64,000 nucleotides of DNA from a virus. The position numbers were made by a program, and so were the translations under genes. This document shows positions 39,848-49,715 of the stretch, one piece after another. The DNA lies in the IMG/VR virus record IMGVR_UViG_3300045996_001613, positions 1 to 64,000 of that record; one strand, 5' to 3'. Below the pieces are notes generated by a model, which saw only the letters and a list, made by a program, of their open reading frames with translations, did no database searches and was not told the origin of the DNA. Position 1 is the stretch's first letter; each line of letters begins with the position of its first letter.

Positions 39848-40234
39848 ATGGTGAGTTTCAACCGTACCGTTCTCGCCGGGAACTTGACTCGTGACCCCGA
39901 GTTAAGGCACACCAAGGACGGCGTCGCCGTCGTCAACTTGGGACTGGCAGTCAACAGGGTCCGGTCGAAGAATGAGGAAGTGGACTTCTTCGACGTGACG
40001 GCTTGGAGAGAGTTGGCCGAGACAATCGCCAACTACAAGAAGAAGGGTGATCCCATCCTCCTTGAGGGCCGTCTGCAGTACCGTACGTGGGAGGACAAGG
40101 ACACCGGGGCCAAGCGGTCCAAGGTGGACGTTGTTGCCGACTCCGTACAGTTCCTCGGTCGAGGCGGAGCCGCGGAGGATAGCGGCAACGACACGACGGT
40201 GGATGAATCCGACTTTGAGGACATTCCCTTCTAG
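39848..40234 (+). CDS. ssb: single-stranded DNA-binding protein
   Basis: GNLTRDPELR, EGRLQ.R.W, acidic DIPF tail. Confidence 0.97.
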   Translation: MVSFNRTVLAGNLTRDPELRHTKDGVAVVNLGLAVNRVRSKNEEVDFFDVTAWRELAETIANYKKKGDPILLEGRLQYRTWEDKDTGAKRSKVDVVADSVQFLGRGGAAEDSGNDTTVDESDFEDIPF

Positions 40235-40743
40235 GCGGACAGGGACCGTGGACCTCACACGTAGGTTGGATTGGGCGACGCTACTTCCTTGCGTCGCCCC
40301 TTTGCTATTGGAGGACAGTTGAGTAAGAAGCGCAACGGAATCAGGATCTTGCCTATCGGGTTGAAATGGCAGAGCATCATCGCGACGGACGCAGTAATGA
40401 CCCTGCGGGGCAAGAAGGGCTACGCGATTCCTCTCATCACGTTGGGAGACTATGGGATAGTCCTTATGAGCCAGAAGAAGAAACATCGCAATGCATAGGC
40501 CACTGCCGATTACGCCCCTTGGGGCCGTGTGGATCGGACTGTACAACGCTACCATTTGCTCCGACCTCCGTTCCGCGGGGGCCTCGGACGTTGTAGAGGT
40601 TCTACCTCCGGGCCACGAACTGTCTATAGGGGAAGTGCAGGAGATTCTTGTCTCGCTGTGGGAAGATGGTTGGTTGCGGCTATATCAGATAGACCACTCG
40701 GGGGAACTTATGTTCTGTTTTCTTAGCACCCCCGATCCTGTTC

Positions 40744-41727
40744 ATGTCTAAACTCACACACCTAGACCTCTTCGCGGGTATCGCGGGGTTTACATATGGG
40801 TTTGAACGTGCTGGATTAGAGACCGTCGGGTTCTCCGAGATTGACAATTTGCCCAACAGGGTACTAGCTCGTCGATATCCGGGGATTCGCAACGAAGGAG
40901 ACATACATGGAATGGACGGCAGAGACTACCGAGGGGTCGACATCGTCACCTTCGGATCGCCGTGCCAAGACTTCTCACTGGCAGGAGAGCGCCGTGGACT
41001 TGACGGAGGTAAAAGCGGCATCCTACGCGAAGCCCTCCGAATCGTTCGCGACGCCCGACCACGACTCGCTATTTGGGAGAACGTCCCCGGTGCCCTTACC
41101 TCTAACAAGCGATGGGACTTTGCTGCCGTACTCGACGCGCTGGCTGAACTCGGGGCGATGGACATCGCGTGGCGAGTCTTGGACGCGCAATTCTTCGGAG
41201 TCCCCCAGCGTCGTAAGAGAGTCTTCCTTGTCGCGGATTTTGCAGGATTCCGTGCCGAGAAAATACTTTTTGACTCCAGTCGGAGCCCGCGGCCTACTCG
41301 CACGGTCCGAGCGCAGGGGCAAGAAATTGCCGGTACTCTTGGTGGAGGCTCTGGAGATCGCGGCTGGGCACCGGACACCGACCGAATGACGTTTATACCC
41401 GTGGGCACGCGCAACGGGGAGCAGAAGTTCATCGTGGAGGACGAGTCCCTACCCATCGCGATACACCTGACGCAGGACCCCATACATGGATACATTGCGC
41501 CGTGCATGTCCGCGGGAAATAAGCAGGGCTGCGCTACCATCGGGGTCTTCGACGGTGTAGGAGTGCGTCGACTCACGCCTCTGGAATGCGAGAGGCTGCA
41601 GGGCTTCCCGGATGGGTGGACCGATGTGGACGGGGCCAAGGACAATAAGAGATACAAAGCCCTCGGAAATGCTGTGTCTCCGGCGCAAACGACGTGGCTA
41701 GGGGAGCAGGTGGCACATGCCCTATAG
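40744..41727 (+). CDS. DNA (cytosine-5) methyltransferase
   Basis: DLFAGIAG, GSPCQDFS, ENV, PQRRKR, RLTPLECERLQGFP, LGNAV. Confidence 0.95.
   Translation: MSKLTHLDLFAGIAGFTYGFERAGLETVGFSEIDNLPNRVLARRYPGIRNEGDIHGMDGRDYRGVDIVTFGSPCQDFSLAGERRGLDGGKSGILREALRIVRDARPRLAIWENVPGALTSNKRWDFAAVLDALAELGAMDIAWRVLDAQFFGVPQRRKRVFLVADFAGFRAEKILFDSSRSPRPTRTVRAQGQEIAGTLGGGSGDRGWAPDTDRMTFIPVGTRNGEQKFIVEDESLPIAIHLTQDPIHGYIAPCMSAGNKQGCATIGVFDGVGVRRLTPLECERLQGFPDGWTDVDGAKDNKRYKALGNAVSPAQTTWLGEQVAHAL
40907..41389 (+). CDS. overprinted ORF inside the methyltransferase (EcoHK31I beta-like arrangement)
   Basis: GGAG RBS; SLS.IL...VP.KYFLTP....GLL.R..RRGK.LP motif. Confidence 0.6.
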   Translation: MEWTAETTEGSTSSPSDRRAKTSHWQESAVDLTEVKAASYAKPSESFATPDHDSLFGRTSPVPLPLTSDGTLLPYSTRWLNSGRWTSRGESWTRNSSESPSVVRESSLSRILQDSVPRKYFLTPVGARGLLARSERRGKKLPVLLVEALEIAAGHRTPTE

Positions 41728-42484
41728 TCGCGGTAAGCCCCTGATACAGATGTGGACCGACGGGTCGGTGCAGAAGCAGCACGGCCCCGGCGGGTACGGG
41801 GTGGTGATCCGATCCGGGTCCTACTACAACGAGACCTCAGGGGGTATGGGTTCCGCAACGAGTCAGCGTATGGAGCTAGTCGCGGCGTACGAGGGCATCA
41901 GGTTTGTCGAGTCCCTGTCTAGGTCAGGCGGCGTGCAGCAGATCGAGGTGCGCTCGGACAGCAAGTACCTCGTCGAGCAGATCTACTCGCCCAAGGTATT
42001 GAGACTCTACCAAGATGGCAGCTTGCATACTATTGCTAACGGGGACATGTGGGACAAGCTGTTGCAGCTACGCCAGTTCCACAACATCGAGTGGATCAAG
42101 GTCCCCGGACACGCGGGCATCGAGGAAAACGAGAGAGCACACGAACTGGCAAGAGAAGCGGTAGAATCAATAGTAGAGAAGACGAGGCTAGAGAAAGAGA
42201 AGGAGCAGAAGGATGTTGACCACGGTCGCAGCCTATATCGCTACATTGTGGAGAAGGGGATTGAAGATCCCGCGAAGGTCACAGCGACAAATCCTCGCAA
42301 CAAGAGAAGAGAAGAGGCGAAACTTCTCAATGTTCTTGGACCCGATGCTCATGTCCTTTTCTCCACCACCATCACAAAGAAGGCACTATGGCAGGGATAC
42401 GGGAAGCAGGGGAATCAGAGCAAGTATCCGCCGATGGATGTCGTAAGTATATGGGATGTACAACCGATCAAGGAGTGGGAGTGA
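41717..42484 (+). CDS. rnhA: ribonuclease HI with C-terminal extension
   Basis: WTDGS...GPGG, RMEL.A, SDSKY, VPGHAG..ENERA. Confidence 0.9.
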   Translation: MPYSRGKPLIQMWTDGSVQKQHGPGGYGVVIRSGSYYNETSGGMGSATSQRMELVAAYEGIRFVESLSRSGGVQQIEVRSDSKYLVEQIYSPKVLRLYQDGSLHTIANGDMWDKLLQLRQFHNIEWIKVPGHAGIEENERAHELAREAVESIVEKTRLEKEKEQKDVDHGRSLYRYIVEKGIEDPAKVTATNPRNKRREEAKLLNVLGPDAHVLFSTTITKKALWQGYGKQGNQSKYPPMDVVSIWDVQPIKEWE

Positions 42485-43446
42485 CAGACAAACAGGATAA
42501 GGCGAGAGTCAGGGCAGAGGAAGAGGCTGAGATCCTAGCAGCCCAAGCCGAGCAGGAGAGGGAGCAGATCGAGCAAGAGTATCGAGACCTCGCAAGGTAC
42601 ACCATGGTGTACTTCAACGCTCTGCTAACCTTTGGAGCCAAGCGTAGGGATATCATGATTTGTATGCTTGGCTTCCTTAACGAGGAGATCAAGCAGGTGC
42701 ATGACCGACGTCGCGAGCGTCTGGAGGACGAGTGATCGAGACACAAGATGTGTACAACGCGGGCGTGCCGGAAGGAGGGGCGACAGATCTGGCTATGAAT
42801 CTGGCGAAGGAGATGTCCGAACGTGGCGTAAGCGACGGGGCTGTGGTAAAGAGGATCATGGAGATCTTAGAGAACCCCTCTGAGGGATTCCTGAGTGGAC
42901 CGTGGGAAGCGCAAATGTTTGCGCGTGAGATATGGGACTTGAAGCGTACAGGGCGCTTCACAACAGAAGGGACGTAGCATGAGGGTTAGCAAGGAAAAAC
43001 TCGAGAATCAGGGCGTGTGGGCTGAGGGGCTAGGCCCGGAGTATGACGACTACAAGGAGATGTTCGCGCTGGACAACCTCGTGGACGTGTTCACCGGGGA
43101 GCAGTTGAAGGGCAGGCTGCACCAGAAGGTCGAGGAGGGAAAGAAGGGATGGGACGATCCGGAAACGGACTACGACTTTGAGGCTCTGATATCTCAAGCC
43201 GCGGGAGCCGGTAAGTGGGTAGACGTAGCGGTGTACGCCATGCTCGCATGGAATGACGAGCAGCCCGACGAGGATATATCGCCGCAAGACCTACCGGCGC
43301 AGCCTGATGGACCCGAGACCTTCGCGGGAGCGTCCCCGCCGGTTAGCTTTGACGGCGACGGCACCGCGATACGGGGGCTTGAAGCTCGTCCTGAGGGGAT
43401 AGAGAACGAGGCGGAGGGTCCTGGGGGCAGGTCTCGGGGTCACTAG
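42481..43446 (+). other. three hypothetical genes (42481-42735, 42732-42977, 42979-43446)
   Basis: coupled ORFs. Confidence 0.6.
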
Positions 43447-43448
43447 TC

Positions 43449-44855
43449 TTGGCGTATAAGGCGATCATAGCGCGAGTCTACACCCGTCCACACCCCAACG
43501 CGGATCGCATCCAGCTTGGGGAGTGCCGCGGCTATCAGGTAATCGTGGGCAAGGATGTAGAGGACGGGACCCTCGGAGTCCTGTTCCCTCCGGACGGTCA
43601 GTTGTCCCACGAGTTCTGCCTTGCGAATGAATTGTATGCAAGGCACCCCGAGACCGGGGAGAAGATGAAGGGGTTCTTTGACAAGAACCGTAGGGTCAGG
43701 GCTCAGAAGTTTCGCGGAGAGAAGTCAGAGGCGTTCTGGACGGGTCTGGAGAGCATTTACAAGATGGCGGGACTGCGGGACTGGCGGAAGGATCTACCCG
43801 AGGGCAAGGAACTCGACGAGTACCTTGGCATGTCCCTATGTCAGAAGTACGTCACCCCCGCGACGCGCAGGGCTCAGGCCAACAAACAGCAGGCGGCTCG
43901 ACGTGAGCTACCGAATTTCCACAAGCACTTCGACACGGATCAGTTGAAGAGGGAGATAGACTACATACCCGAGGGGGCGTTGCTGTACTTCACGGAGAAG
44001 TTACATGGCACGTCTCAGCGCAGCGCATACCTCACGGTCGAGTCTGACCACAAGCTGCCGTGGTTGCAGAGGCTCGGGTTGTGGTTGAGCCGCATTCCTT
44101 TTGCACCCCCAACGCAAGACGAACACCTGCTAGGCACGCGCAACGTAGTCCTCGGTCGGTACGAGGGCAAGAGCTACTACGGATCTGAGGGGTTTCGGTA
44201 TCGGCACCATGACCGCATTAAGGACAAGCTGCACCTTGGAGAGACGGTGTACTACGAGGTTGTCGGGTTTACCGGGCCTATCTCAGGAGTGCCCGAAGAC
44301 CCCTTCCGGGCGTGGGACGCGAACGTCGCGCCGATCATGCCCGCGGTCAGCACCAAGGCGCTAAGAGACCATTGGGTGTCTTCTCCTGATCAGAAGGTTG
44401 CCGAAAGCGTCAAGGGCCGGTTTCCCGAGATGTACGGCGACACTATGTGGTACACGTACGGCAATTGGGAAGCGGACAGTCCTGCAGCCCCTCGTGCGAT
44501 GGGTGGATCGGAGATCTACGTCTACCGCATCACGCAGCAGAATGCGCAGGGCATCGTGCTCGACCTATCGTGGGAACAGGTGAAGGGACGGTGCGAGGAG
44601 TTGGGCGTCCCGCATGTGCCAGAACTGGCGGCACACAAGCACCACTGGAGAACGGAAGCCCTTATGGAACATGCGGAACAACTGGCCGAGGGACCCTCGA
44701 CACTCGACAGGACTCACATACGCGAAGGCGTATGTGTCCGTTGGGAGAAGGGAAAGAAGATAGGTATACTAAAGCACAAGTCATTCGAGTTTCTAGTGCT
44801 GGAGGGCGTGGTGAAGACCGACGAGAACTATGTAGACTTGGAGGAATCCTCGTGA
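43449..44855 (+). CDS. RNA ligase (DRB0094/Rnl5-like, N-terminal OB domain)
   Basis: HPNADRI, EKLHGT (motif I), YYEVVG, REGVCV, KHKS.EF. Confidence 0.85.
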   Translation: MAYKAIIARVYTRPHPNADRIQLGECRGYQVIVGKDVEDGTLGVLFPPDGQLSHEFCLANELYARHPETGEKMKGFFDKNRRVRAQKFRGEKSEAFWTGLESIYKMAGLRDWRKDLPEGKELDEYLGMSLCQKYVTPATRRAQANKQQAARRELPNFHKHFDTDQLKREIDYIPEGALLYFTEKLHGTSQRSAYLTVESDHKLPWLQRLGLWLSRIPFAPPTQDEHLLGTRNVVLGRYEGKSYYGSEGFRYRHHDRIKDKLHLGETVYYEVVGFTGPISGVPEDPFRAWDANVAPIMPAVSTKALRDHWVSSPDQKVAESVKGRFPEMYGDTMWYTYGNWEADSPAAPRAMGGSEIYVYRITQQNAQGIVLDLSWEQVKGRCEELGVPHVPELAAHKHHWRTEALMEHAEQLAEGPSTLDRTHIREGVCVRWEKGKKIGILKHKSFEFLVLEGVVKTDENYVDLEESS

Positions 44856-45862
44856 GGGTGCGTGCGAAGAATAAAGAGGGAGTGACCATGGTGGTGCAGG
44901 AGGCCACGAATGCCACGATATACTCCTCTCGTATCCACCCCTCGGGCAGGGCGCTCCACGTCGAAGACGATCCGTTCCTCGACAAGCTGGTGTTGACGTT
45001 CCACGCGGAAGAGATACGGCAGCGCGTGAACTCCGCGGGGGAGATCGAGATCACCGTAGGCGGCAACTAGTGGAGAGCTACGTACAGGTCCTCTTCTATC
45101 ACTCCAACTCGTTTCTACACGGCGGCGGCGGTTCAATCTTGGCTGAAGCTAACATGGTGGTGCTGCCCCGTGAGGGAGAGTACGTAATTGTGAATGGCTG
45201 GGGGCGCGAGGGATTTGGAATCAGTCCGTATCTAAGAGCTAGGGTAACTGCGGTGGAACACCGGGTATTTGACCATACGGCGCGACAGCCGAGTGGCACC
45301 GCGTATGTGTACATCACACCAGTTGGAGGAGAAGAGAATGACGGGGAGAGTTCGGAAGATTGAGTGCAATCGCGACCGAGCAGCAACGCCGGAGGTCAGG
45401 AGGAAGATCAGCGGAGGCGGTGAGCACGAGGTCCTGATCATCCATGCGGACGTAGCGTACGCGGAGCATGAAAATGGGCGCGAAGGATTCTTCTGCATAG
45501 TATGCGGGGACGGCCCACTTACTCGTGTGCGTTCAGATAACAAATACACATCGAGGTAGACAATGGAGTTACTGATTCCCGGATGGATGGTTCTGTCCGC
45601 AGCGGCTCTCGGGGGTGCTGCGGGTGGGTTCGTTGTGGTGGGCCTGGTATGGCGCGAATACACGCGCATGGACATGGCTCGGCACAACTACATGGCCCGC
45701 ATGCTCACGGAACTGCGTAGCAAGCATAATGACTGGTCGGATCTCAGTGGAGAGGACATCTTCCGAGACGGCAAATACAGCCTATCTGAAAGAATTATGC
45801 ACCACCTGTTAGATCGACTATACGCGAGGGGTCGACCGTCAAAACCCACAAACAAGCCATAA
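44852..45862 (+). other. small hypothetical genes (44852-45070, 45070-45363, 45338-45559, membrane protein 45563-45862)
   Basis: co-oriented ORFs. Confidence 0.55.
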
Positions 45863-45880
45863 TAGGTGTAGAATGCATAT

Positions 45881-46240
45881 GTGAGTCGTCAGATCACATT
45901 CTGGTACGTTGGGGATATAGCTTCCAAATCAAACTACCGATTCGGGTACTCCAAGAAGGCGAAGGATGCGTGGGCGAAGATCAAGACCTACGAGACCAAG
46001 ATCGGGGAACTTGCGAACGAGGCCATGGTCCAGAAGGGATTTGTCTCTCGTAGGGGAGATGTAAAAGTGTCAATAGTAGCGTATAATCAGAAGGTTGACA
46101 TAGACAACGTGTTCAAGGCAACACTCGATGGCATGGAGGGTATATGCTACCTAAAGGATTCTCAGGTCTCTTCGGTCGCAGCAAGAAAGGCGAAGGACAA
46201 GAAGGGGAAGCGGGCGAGGATAACAGTGACTTGGCTCTAG
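45881..46240 (+). CDS. rusA: RusA-like Holliday junction resolvase
   Basis: SKSN, DIDN..K...DGM.G..Y..DSQV. Confidence 0.85.
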   Translation: MSRQITFWYVGDIASKSNYRFGYSKKAKDAWAKIKTYETKIGELANEAMVQKGFVSRRGDVKVSIVAYNQKVDIDNVFKATLDGMEGICYLKDSQVSSVAARKAKDKKGKRARITVTWL

Positions 46241-46471
46241 CCTCTCCGGGCAACGCACTCAAGTCCGTGGCTCATGCCTTCCGCGTAGTATTCTATGTGT
46301 TAGTAGTGATAATCTTCACTCTTTCCATAATGGGCGCTGGCATACACCTTGCCTTTCATGGGGTTGAAGTATCCTCAGACGCCTCGACGTGGTGGGGTGT
46401 GTGGTGGGGCGTCTTGTATACAGGGGCAGGGCTAGCACTGGTGGTCAGCATAGTGAAGTTGGGAGACTAAC

Positions 46472-46981
46472 ATGGCAGGTTTTAACCTAGAGAACTACAC
46501 AGGGTACGAGGCGGCACTAGATCAGGTACATAAGCTGGGGATCTCAAAGACTGACAGCAATGTGGTGCAGTTTCCCAATGAGGACAATGGGTGGACCGCG
46601 GTGGTGAAGGCCACTATCGTGCTGTCCGATGGCAGAGAGTTTAATGCCCTCGGAGACGCGAACTCAGACAGCATCAAGAGTGGGAGCATCAAGCCACACT
46701 ATATCCGCATGGCGGAGACTAGGGCTAAGGGGCGCGTGTACCGGGAGGCGATCAACGACGGTGGCGACCCGGATCTAGGGTCTGGAAAGATAAGCGGACA
46801 GCAGGCTGAGGATCTGATACTCAAGTCTCTCGACGTTCTCGGACAGGGTGGCCCCACTAGGGTCGCGCAGAGATACGGCAAGGACTACGTCGCGGATCTT
46901 ACTATGAAGGAAGCCGTACACGCGGGCAACATGCTCGACCGGCAGGTCGAAGAAGCCGCGGCAAAGGACGGTGAGGCATAG
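46472..46981 (+). CDS. Rad52/DdrA-like single-strand annealing protein
   Basis: VKATI.....F...GDA, RMAETRAKGR. Confidence 0.6.
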   Translation: MAGFNLENYTGYEAALDQVHKLGISKTDSNVVQFPNEDNGWTAVVKATIVLSDGREFNALGDANSDSIKSGSIKPHYIRMAETRAKGRVYREAINDGGDPDLGSGKISGQQAEDLILKSLDVLGQGGPTRVAQRYGKDYVADLTMKEAVHAGNMLDRQVEEAAAKDGEA

Positions 46982-47118
46982 CACCGCTTGTAGGTGCTAT
47001 CGAAGGTTGAGGGGCGCGAGAGAGCCCGAGAGAGATCGGGTGCGCCGTAGCAGGACGCTACGGCAACCGGACAGATGTCCGGAAAGCGAGGAGACGACAC
47101 CCCTCCTTTCCCTTCCGC
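46978..47118 (-). ncRNA. putative multi-branch structured RNA with own promoter
   Basis: TTGACG-N18-TAGAAT; closing helix plus three perfect hairpins; terminal hairpin. Confidence 0.55.
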
Positions 47119-47160
47119 CTTGCATTCTATGCTAAGTCAATGGAATACGTCAAGGAATAG

Positions 47161-47378
47161 GAAAGGCCCCCGGTGGAAGGGGCCTACCCGGTTACTTGGC
47201 TGATCACATTATACCACAAGAAAAGCCCCCGGCCTCACTCGGGGGCTTATGCAGGAGAAGAACTCCTACGCTGAACGATAGTATTATACCATAGGATAGC
47301 CAAAAGCCCCTCAACCAGAGGGGCCTCAGCCGTGGGACTGATTATGTGTCCTCACCTTTGCGCATACAGAGTATATCA
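47161..47378 (-). ncRNA. three tandem promoter-small RNA-terminator units
   Basis: TGn-TATA[AC]T boxes each followed within about 70 nt by a GC hairpin and U-tract. Confidence 0.6.
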
Positions 47379-47429
47379 CACTCTAGAGTGTGGTGTCCTC
47401 CGGTCGAATTATCGGACCCATTACACCCC

Positions 47430-48428
47430 TTACTGGTTATTAGCGCAGCGCACTATGTTATCGGGCAGTTCGCAGCCCTTGAACGTCTCCCCGTTGAAGT
47501 CATTGTTCACCACGTCTATGTTAGACAGGTTTACGCGATCCGACCGGCCCGAGTCTGACGCAATCCCCGCGAGGTTCTTGGCGTTGTTGTCAAACACGTT
47601 GCCCTGCACCAGCGCGTTCTGAGAGTCGCGTATACTGACGCCTCCGCGGGTAGCCTCGGTCGAGTTGCCATGTATGTAGTTATCCTCGATCAGAGCCCCG
47701 CCGCTGCAGTTCTCATAGCGCACACCGCCGCGTGTGTTGCCTTCTACGTCGACGTTATGAATCCAGAACCCGTTAGGATGGGTGGAACTTGGTGTGCAGC
47801 GCACGTCTCCCCATATGCCGTTGCCCTCATTGTCGTGCGCCCATCCACCGGACACCTCGATCACATTGATCGACTTGATACCCGAGGACGTGAAGCCGAG
47901 GGCCGCGGCGGAACCGTTGTTGTCGAACTCGACGTCAAAGAACTTGCCATTGGCGTTACTTACGCCCATAGCTTCATTGTTCGTGAACCGAGAGTTACGG
48001 ACCACGGTGTTCTGTCCCGCGGAGCCTAGAGCTAATCCTGCACCACTGCCCGCGGACCCATCAAAGTTAGCCCCCTGTACTTGCACCCAATTTTGCGCAT
48101 AGGGACCCTCCTTTGGCTTGATCACCTGATCGACGTTGTTAGTGCCGTTGACGATGCTAGTGATGTTCTCCGGATTGGTGCCGGCGACCGGACGGTTAGA
48201 CACGGTGCCGGGTACCCCCACGAGTTCGTCTCCCTTGCGGGGCGCGATGGTCGCGGAAGTATTGTACGTACAGGACCCGAGCTTGAATGTGGTGCCGATG
48301 TCCTTGGCGTCGTTATTCACCACATTCGCGAGGTTCGACCCGCAGGGCACGTTGACCGTACGCGAAGCGCCCATCGAGAAGACCGCGACCACCGCGATCA
48401 TCAGGGCTATTAGCATTACTTTCCTCAT
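47430..48428 (-). CDS. secreted right-handed parallel beta-helix protein
   Basis: signal peptide; Asn/Gly-rich repeats (HDNEGNGIW, IEDNYIHGN). Confidence 0.85.
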   Translation of the reverse strand: MRKVMLIALMIAVVAVFSMGASRTVNVPCGSNLANVVNNDAKDIGTTFKLGSCTYNTSATIAPRKGDELVGVPGTVSNRPVAGTNPENITSIVNGTNNVDQVIKPKEGPYAQNWVQVQGANFDGSAGSGAGLALGSAGQNTVVRNSRFTNNEAMGVSNANGKFFDVEFDNNGSAAALGFTSSGIKSINVIEVSGGWAHDNEGNGIWGDVRCTPSSTHPNGFWIHNVDVEGNTRGGVRYENCSGGALIEDNYIHGNSTEATRGGVSIRDSQNALVQGNVFDNNAKNLAGIASDSGRSDRVNLSNIDVVNNDFNGETFKGCELPDNIVRCANNQ

Positions 48429-48591
48429 TCATTCCTCCCTTGTTCGGACAGTTGCTTTTCATTCATTTTACGCTGCTTGCGTGACTCTTTCCACGTCTTG
48501 TGTCTTTGGCGCATGGCAAACAGGGTACCCAGCGCAGTGATAGTACCCGTTATGCACAGATAGAATTCTACAGAAGTCATTAGATTCCTAG

Positions 48592-48663
48592 TTGGGTATG
48601 TGGGGGTCGAACCCACCATTTCCGAGTTCCGAACCCGGAGTCACACCCCGCGACTTATACCCA
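48592..48663 (-). tRNA. tRNA-Pro (CGG), atypical
   Basis: TGGGTAT/ATACCCA stem; loop TT-CGG-AA; TTCGACC T-loop. Confidence 0.75.
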
Positions 48664-48843
48664 GCGATTACTCTGAACGTATATCGCTAGGTCGTGGTCG
48701 ATGTGAGTTTCCTGTGGTGATGTCCATAGGCCCATGATAACACATGATACGGCGCAGGCTCCCTCGTAACACACCTACGCCCTGAAGAGGACTCCATACG
48801 GGGAGTCGAACCCCACGCCTCTCCACCCGGTCCACACCCTACG

Positions 48844-48915
48844 TCGCGGGCTTGGGAATCGAACCCAATATCTCCGGCGTATGAAACCGGCGAGTTACCA
48901 TTTCTCCTGCCCGCA
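48844..48915 (-). tRNA. tRNA-Met/Ile2 (CAU)
   Basis: cloverleaf; loop TT-CAT-AC; TTCGATT T-loop. Confidence 0.85.
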
Positions 48916-49156
48916 ATGTGCCGGACGCGCCCTCGCTTCCCGGCGTGGGTACCCCGCTATGTCCACCCTTCCGTTTTACGGCCAAGGGCACGGCACCCGT
49001 CCCAATTTAGGCCGGACTCACCCCTCTGCTATCCGACTTGGGCCACTCCTCTTCACCTCGCGTGACCTCGCCCAACCGCGGCCTCCCACCATACGTACCG
49101 CGTATTTACAGGAACCGTCGGATGTCCCGCAACCCGTCCCACAGTGGAGACTCGTG
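48916..49156 (-). ncRNA. putative structured RNA between tRNA-Asn and tRNA-Met
   Basis: nested helices; no credible ORF. Confidence 0.45.
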
Positions 49157-49229
49157 CTGCGACGGTAGGAATCGAACCTACAACCTTCGCCTTAACAGGG
49201 CGCTGCTCTGCCTGTTGAGCTACACCGCA
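49157..49229 (-). tRNA. tRNA-Asn (GUU)
   Basis: canonical cloverleaf; loop CT-GTT-AA. Confidence 0.9.
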
Positions 49230-49295
49230 ATATTTCATTGTGGAGGGATCGCCCGCAACACGCCTCCAATGCGCCCCTACCCTAAAGCAAACCGA

Positions 49296-49715
49296 TCATG
49301 ACGCACCCGCCGCAAAGTTTCTGCCAAGGTATTCTATAGCCCTCGCGAGGTTTTGTCTATTATCCTTCATGAGCCCTATGCCGGTGTTGCAACTGTTGCA
49401 GAGAACCCCTCTCACAATATCCGTATCGTGGCAGTGGTCCACACGCATATTATTATTGTCGAGTTCTACGCTACAGATCGGGCATATGCTGCCTTGGTTT
49501 GCCACGATCTCGTCGCGTTCTTCTAAGGTCATGTTGTACTTATGTTTGAGATTAGCACGAAGCCGATACTCCCCCGAGTTCCAGTGCTTGATGCACTTGG
49601 AGCACTTCCAACGTGGATTGGCGAGAGCCGGTGTGCGCTGATAGGTAGTGAGTCCGTGGTGCTTACAGACCCTGTACGTGTATTCAAGAATGGGGGCGTT
49701 ACGCCTCTTTCTCAT
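49296..49715 (-). CDS. endonuclease VII-type HNH nuclease
   Basis: Q...CPIC, VDHCHDT..VRGVLCNSCN..IG. Confidence 0.9.
   Translation of the reverse strand: MRKRRNAPILEYTYRVCKHHGLTTYQRTPALANPRWKCSKCIKHWNSGEYRLRANLKHKYNMTLEERDEIVANQGSICPICSVELDNNNMRVDHCHDTDIVRGVLCNSCNTGIGLMKDNRQNLARAIEYLGRNFAAGAS

Noticed and set aside
39816-39854. Leaderless 12-aa uORF MVRSDRKDYALW resembling an SsrA tag
   Set aside because: Lacks terminal AA and tmRNA context; probably chance
47161-47378. Possible CRISPR mini-array
   Set aside because: Hairpins are not identical repeats, each has a U-tract and its own promoter; no cas genes
48790-48820. Isolated T-arm (GGGGTTCGACTCCCC) after tRNA-Met
   Set aside because: No matching acceptor 5' strand or anticodon arm; at most a tRNA remnant
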